Below are positions 60,171 to 64,000 of a DNA stretch of 64,000 bases, one piece after another (the first letter of the stretch is position 1; every line of letters starts with the position of its first letter). The stretch covers positions 960,001 to 1,024,000 of the forward strand of contig CAXXMU010000006.1 in the NCBI GenBank assembly GCA_963667785.2. Direction: 5' to 3'. A program made the position numbers and the translations under genes. The DNA comes from Alphaproteobacteria bacterium. Lineage in GTDB: Bacteria > Pseudomonadota > Alphaproteobacteria > UBA828. The notes under the pieces are model-generated. The model ran no database searches. It was not told the DNA's origin and saw only the letters and a list, made by a program, of their open reading frames with translations.

Positions 60171-60830
60171 GTGAGCGCCCTGACGGGACCCGAACGGCCG
60201 CCTGCGGCAGGCGGCGCGCCCCGCAAGCTCGTGCTGCTGCTGCACGGGCTGGGTGCGGACGGCAACGACCTGATCGGCCTCGCCGAGCCCTGGGGCCAGC
60301 TCCTGCCGGACGCCTGCTTCGCTGCGCCGGACGCGCCGGAGCCCTGCGACATGGCGCCCTCGGGCCGGCAGTGGTTCAGCCTCAGCGACCGCTCGCCCGT
60401 ACCCGTCGCCGATGGCATCGCGCAGGCCGCAGACGCGCTCAACGCCGATATCGACGCGAGGCTCGCGGCGCTCGGGCTCGCCGAGCGCGACCTCGCGCTG
60501 GTGGGGTTCAGCCAGGGCACGATGATGTCGCTGCACGTGGCCTATCGCCGCACGTCACCGTGCGCCGGCGTGCTCGGCTTCTCCGGCTGGCTGGTGAGCG
60601 GCGAGCGGCTCGGCGACGAGCTGCGGGCACGCCCGCCGGCGCTGCTCGTCCATGGCGATGCCGACGATCGGGTGCCGGTGGGGGCGCTCTTCGAGGCGAC
60701 CGCGACACTGGCCGCCTGCGAGGTTCCGGTGCAGTGGCACGTGAGCCGCGGGATCGGCCACGGCATCGCGCCGGACGGGCTGGAGATCGGCGGCCACTTC
60801 CTTCGCGACGTGCTGGGCGGCGCAGGCTGA
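60171..60830 (+). CDS. Phospholipase/carboxylesterase
   Basis: LLHGLGADGNDL, GFSQG, HGDADDRVP, GHGI. Confidence 0.9.
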   Translation: MSALTGPERPPAAGGAPRKLVLLLHGLGADGNDLIGLAEPWGQLLPDACFAAPDAPEPCDMAPSGRQWFSLSDRSPVPVADGIAQAADALNADIDARLAALGLAERDLALVGFSQGTMMSLHVAYRRTSPCAGVLGFSGWLVSGERLGDELRARPPALLVHGDADDRVPVGALFEATATLAACEVPVQWHVSRGIGHGIAPDGLEIGGHFLRDVLGGAG

Positions 60831-60846
60831 AGGCGCGGCCCCGGCC

Positions 60847-62088
60847 TCAGTCGATGCCGCAGCCGCTCCGGCGCAGCGTCGAGACCGCCGCCTCGTCGAG
60901 ATCGAGCCAGTCGCGCAGCACGGTATCCGCGTCCTCGCCCAGCATCGGGGCTGCACGCGGATAGTCCACCGGCGTCTCCGAGAACTTGATCGGGTTGGCC
61001 GGGTACTCCACCGCGACGCCGAGGCTGTGCGGGATGCTCACCTTCATGCCCCGGGCCTCGACCTGCGGGTTGGCGAAGACCCGGTCGATGCTGTTGATGG
61101 GCCCGCAGGGAACCCCCACCGGCTCCAGCACCGCGCTCCACTCGTCCATGGTCCGCTGCCGGGTGATGTCGTTCAGCAGGGCGATCAGCTCGACGCGGTT
61201 GCGCAGCCGCTCGATGTTGGTCGCGAAGCGCGGGTCGTCGGCGATCTCGGGGCAGCCGGCTACCGTGCAGAACTTGCGGAGCTGGCTGTTGTTGCCGATG
61301 GCGAGCGCGAAGTACCCGTCGCGCGTGGAGAAGACCCCGTAGGGCACGATATTCTGGTGCTCGTTGCCGGCGCGCGCAGGCGCGTCGCCCCCGATCAGAT
61401 AGTTCATGGCCTGGTTGGCGAGCCAGGCCACCTGGGTGTCCAGGAGCGCGAGGTCGATATGCTGGCCCCGCCCGCTCTGCTCGCGGCTCGTGAGCGCAGC
61501 GAGGATCGCGGTCGCCGCGTACATGCCGGTCATCAGATCGGCGGCGGCGACGCCCACCTTCTGCGGGCCGCCGCCGGGCAGGTCGTCGCGCTCGCCCGTG
61601 ATGCTCATGATGCCGCCCATGGCCTGCGCGATGAGGTCGTAGCCGGTGCGGGTCGCGTAGGGTCCCGACTGGCCGAAGCCGGTGATCGAGCAGTAGACGA
61701 GGCGGGGATTGACCGTGCTCAGCGAGGAATAGTCAAGGCCGTACTTGGCGAGCCCGCCCACCTTGTAGTTCTCGATCAGGACATCAGCGCGTTCCACGAG
61801 CCGCCTGACCACGGCCTGCCCCTCGGGCGCGGCGAGGTCGATGGTGATCGAGCGCTTCCCCCGGTTCGCCGACATGTAGTAGGCCGCATCGGTCGTCTCC
61901 GCACCGTCCGCGTCGCGCAGGAAGGGCGGCCCCCAGGCGCGGGTGTCGTCGCCCGTGCCCGGCCGCTCGACCTTGACCACGTCGGCGCCGAAGTCGGCCA
62001 GCAGCTGGCCGGCCCAGGGGCCCGCGAGAATGCGGCTGAGATCGAGCACCTTGAGGCCGCCGAGCGGGCCGGTCCTGGAATCGTGCAT
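60847..62088 (-). CDS. CaiB/BaiF family III CoA transferase
   Basis: DLSRILAGP, NRGKRS, SITGFGQSGP, GYD. Confidence 0.95.
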   Translation of the reverse strand: MHDSRTGPLGGLKVLDLSRILAGPWAGQLLADFGADVVKVERPGTGDDTRAWGPPFLRDADGAETTDAAYYMSANRGKRSITIDLAAPEGQAVVRRLVERADVLIENYKVGGLAKYGLDYSSLSTVNPRLVYCSITGFGQSGPYATRTGYDLIAQAMGGIMSITGERDDLPGGGPQKVGVAAADLMTGMYAATAILAALTSREQSGRGQHIDLALLDTQVAWLANQAMNYLIGGDAPARAGNEHQNIVPYGVFSTRDGYFALAIGNNSQLRKFCTVAGCPEIADDPRFATNIERLRNRVELIALLNDITRQRTMDEWSAVLEPVGVPCGPINSIDRVFANPQVEARGMKVSIPHSLGVAVEYPANPIKFSETPVDYPRAAPMLGEDADTVLRDWLDLDEAAVSTLRRSGCGID

Positions 62089-62097
62089 GGGAGGTGT

Positions 62098-62688
62098 CTA
62101 GAGGTCGTCCTCGACGCCGGGGGACAACCCCAGCGCACGCAGGTTCTCCGTCGTGGCGTTGTCGAGGGAGAGAGCGCGGCCGGTGGCCGCGTGGGCCGCG
62201 CGGCGGACGATCCGATCAAAGCCTTCGATCTGCGAATAGACCCGCACGCTCCGGCCGTTCGACCTCAGGGTGAGCTGCATCCACCCGCCGTCGCGATTGC
62301 GCCTGGTCGAGTAGTAGCGCAGCGTGCAGCGGGTGAGCCCTGCCCACGGCAAGTGCCGGCGCAGGAGGCCGTCCGCGCTGAGCCCGTCGTCGCTCACGAG
62401 AATCCGTATCCGGTGCCTCAGCACCGTGCGGACGCCGTAGACGGCGAACAGCAGGGCGAGCCCGCCGAGAAACCAGGCGGCCGGACCGGCGGACGCCGCC
62501 AGTCCCAGCGGGCCGAGGGTGAAGAGAAGGCCGAGCCCGGCATAGAGATAGTCGAGCAGGACCGCGCGCGTCGGATAGCGATGGCGGCTCTCGCCCGCGT
62601 CGTCGGTCCCCCTGTCGTCGGCGTCTGCGCCCTCGAGCACGGATCGAGACGCCGTCTCGGGCGTCGTCTCGGGCAGCGACACGGTCAC
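62098..62688 (-). CDS. Hypothetical membrane protein
   Basis: Two TM helices followed by LRYYSTRRNRDGGWMQL; GTG start overlaps the upstream stop. Confidence 0.7.
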   Translation of the reverse strand: MTVSLPETTPETASRSVLEGADADDRGTDDAGESRHRYPTRAVLLDYLYAGLGLLFTLGPLGLAASAGPAAWFLGGLALLFAVYGVRTVLRHRIRILVSDDGLSADGLLRRHLPWAGLTRCTLRYYSTRRNRDGGWMQLTLRSNGRSVRVYSQIEGFDRIVRRAAHAATGRALSLDNATTENLRALGLSPGVEDDL

Positions 62689-64000
62689 CCCGCGCGCCCC
62701 AGTCGCTCGCGCCTGATGCGAACGCCGGCGGCCTCCCGATCCCAGCTCTCGGCGGTGATGCCTTCCGCGCGCAGCCTGTGCTTCTCCACCTTCTCGGTCG
62801 GCGTCTTGGGCAGCTCGTCCACGATCCGCACGTAGCGCGGGATCATGAAGTGAGCGAGCCTGGGCTCGAGAAACGCGAGCAGCGCCTGAGGCTCCAGCTC
62901 CTCCCCCGGCCTGAGCGAGACCACGGCCATGACCTCGTCCTCGCCCAGCTCGCTCGGCACCGGTATCACCGCGGCCTCGCGCACCGCCGGATGGGCGGCG
63001 ACCTCGGTCTCCACCTCGAGCGAGGAGATGTTCTCGCCGCGCCGGCGGATGGTGTCCTTCAGGCGATCGACGAAGTAGAGGTTTCCGTCCTCGTCCACCC
63101 GCCCCGCATCGCCGGTGTGGAACCAGCCGTTGCGCCAGGCCCTGGCCGTGGCCTCCGGCTCGCGGTAGTAGCCGTGGTTGATCGACCAGGGAGTATCGGA
63201 GCGCACCACGATCTCGCCGACCGCGCCTACCGGCACCTCGCAGTCGTTGGCGTCGACGACGCGGAGCTCGCAGCCGGGACGCACGCGGCCTGCGCTTCCC
63301 GGCACCGTCATCGGCACCGTGGTCATCACCGGGCAGCAGAGCTCGGTCATGTTGTAGATCGAATAGACGTCGACGCCGAAGCGCTCCATGAACGCCTCGA
63401 CGTCGTTCAGCAAGGGCACCATGCCGACCGTGCGCAAGGGGTGATCGCGGTCGCGCGCGCTCGGCGCCTCCGCCTCCAGGAACGACGCCATGACGCCGAG
63501 CATGAACACAGAGGTGACCCCGGTGCGGCGCACCGTGTCCCAGAACGCGCTCGTCTTGAAGTACTCCACCAGGGTGATCGAGGCGTGCTGGCAGAGCATG
63601 CCGTAGGCGATCGTGGCGCCTCCCAGGTGGAACAGCGGCAGGCTGATCAGGTAGCGGTCCTCCGGCGAGATGAAGCGCCAGGTGTCGGGCCCGAAATTCG
63701 AGAAGGCGTGGCAGTAGGAGCTGAGCACCGCCTTCGACGGCCCCGTGGTGCCGGAGGTGAAGATGATCGACTGCGTGTCCCACGGCTGAATCGGGCGCTC
63801 CAGCGGCCGCAGGCTGCCGCTCGCGGGCTGCAACGCCGTCGCGGGCAGCACCGTGAGGCCGTCCACCGCAGGCAGCGGCCCGCCCACCGCGACCATGGTC
63901 TCCAGTCCGGCGCGGTCCACGGCGGCGAGCCTGGGCGCGAGCGCCGCGTGGGCGACGATGATGCGGGCATCGGAGCGCGCCACCACATGCTCCAGCAACC
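62685..64000 (-). CDS. AMP-binding acyl-CoA ligase (CaiC-like); 5' end lies outside the window
   Basis: FTSGTTGPSK, YNMTE, WFHTGD, RRRGENISS, LPKTPTEK. Confidence 0.92.
   Translation of the reverse strand, partial: LLEHVVARSDARIIVAHAALAPRLAAVDRAGLETMVAVGGPLPAVDGLTVLPATALQPASGSLRPLERPIQPWDTQSIIFTSGTTGPSKAVLSSYCHAFSNFGPDTWRFISPEDRYLISLPLFHLGGATIAYGMLCQHASITLVEYFKTSAFWDTVRRTGVTSVFMLGVMASFLEAEAPSARDRDHPLRTVGMVPLLNDVEAFMERFGVDVYSIYNMTELCCPVMTTVPMTVPGSAGRVRPGCELRVVDANDCEVPVGAVGEIVVRSDTPWSINHGYYREPEATARAWRNGWFHTGDAGRVDEDGNLYFVDRLKDTIRRRGENISSLEVETEVAAHPAVREAAVIPVPSELGEDEVMAVVSLRPGEELEPQALLAFLEPRLAHFMIPRYVRIVDELPKTPTEKVEKHRLRAEGITAESWDREAAGVRIRRERLGRAG

Overview
High-GC bacterial window, probably alphaproteobacterial (inferred from gene content). 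About 1-44 kb is accessory DNA and about 44-64 kb is core-like. (1) 1-25.9 kb is a degenerate MOBF mobilizable element. It has a leading region (DUF4326 gene, long hairpin, frameshifted DUF2493 fused to Vsr), a candidate oriT, an RHH protein, PD-(D/E)XK nuclease genes, a TrwC-like relaxase, an ATPase-less coupling-protein remnant and a triple-HTH regulator. It also carries a tightly coupled six-gene defence operon: YprA/DUF1998 helicase, SNF2 helicase, N6-adenine methyltransferase, PtuA-like ABC ATPase, PtuB-like HNH and a second HNH. (2) 28.6-37.7 kb is a type I-G CRISPR-Cas locus (32 repeats, cas2, cas4-cas1, small cas8g-like gene, cas3). csb2 is cut by a 3.6 kb cargo-carrying IS1595 element with mismatched flanks, and no cas7 is present in the window. 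(3) 41.3-44.1 kb is a phage-like fragment next to tRNA-Ser(GCT). (4) The rest holds an aminotransferase, a four-subunit molybdenum hydroxylase, DUF3187, phoX with Pho boxes, a tandem glycine riboswitch with gcvTHP, a cobalamin adenosyltransferase, a cyclodeaminase, an esterase, a CoA transferase and an acyl-CoA ligase. All calls come from reading motifs by eye; no database searches were run.
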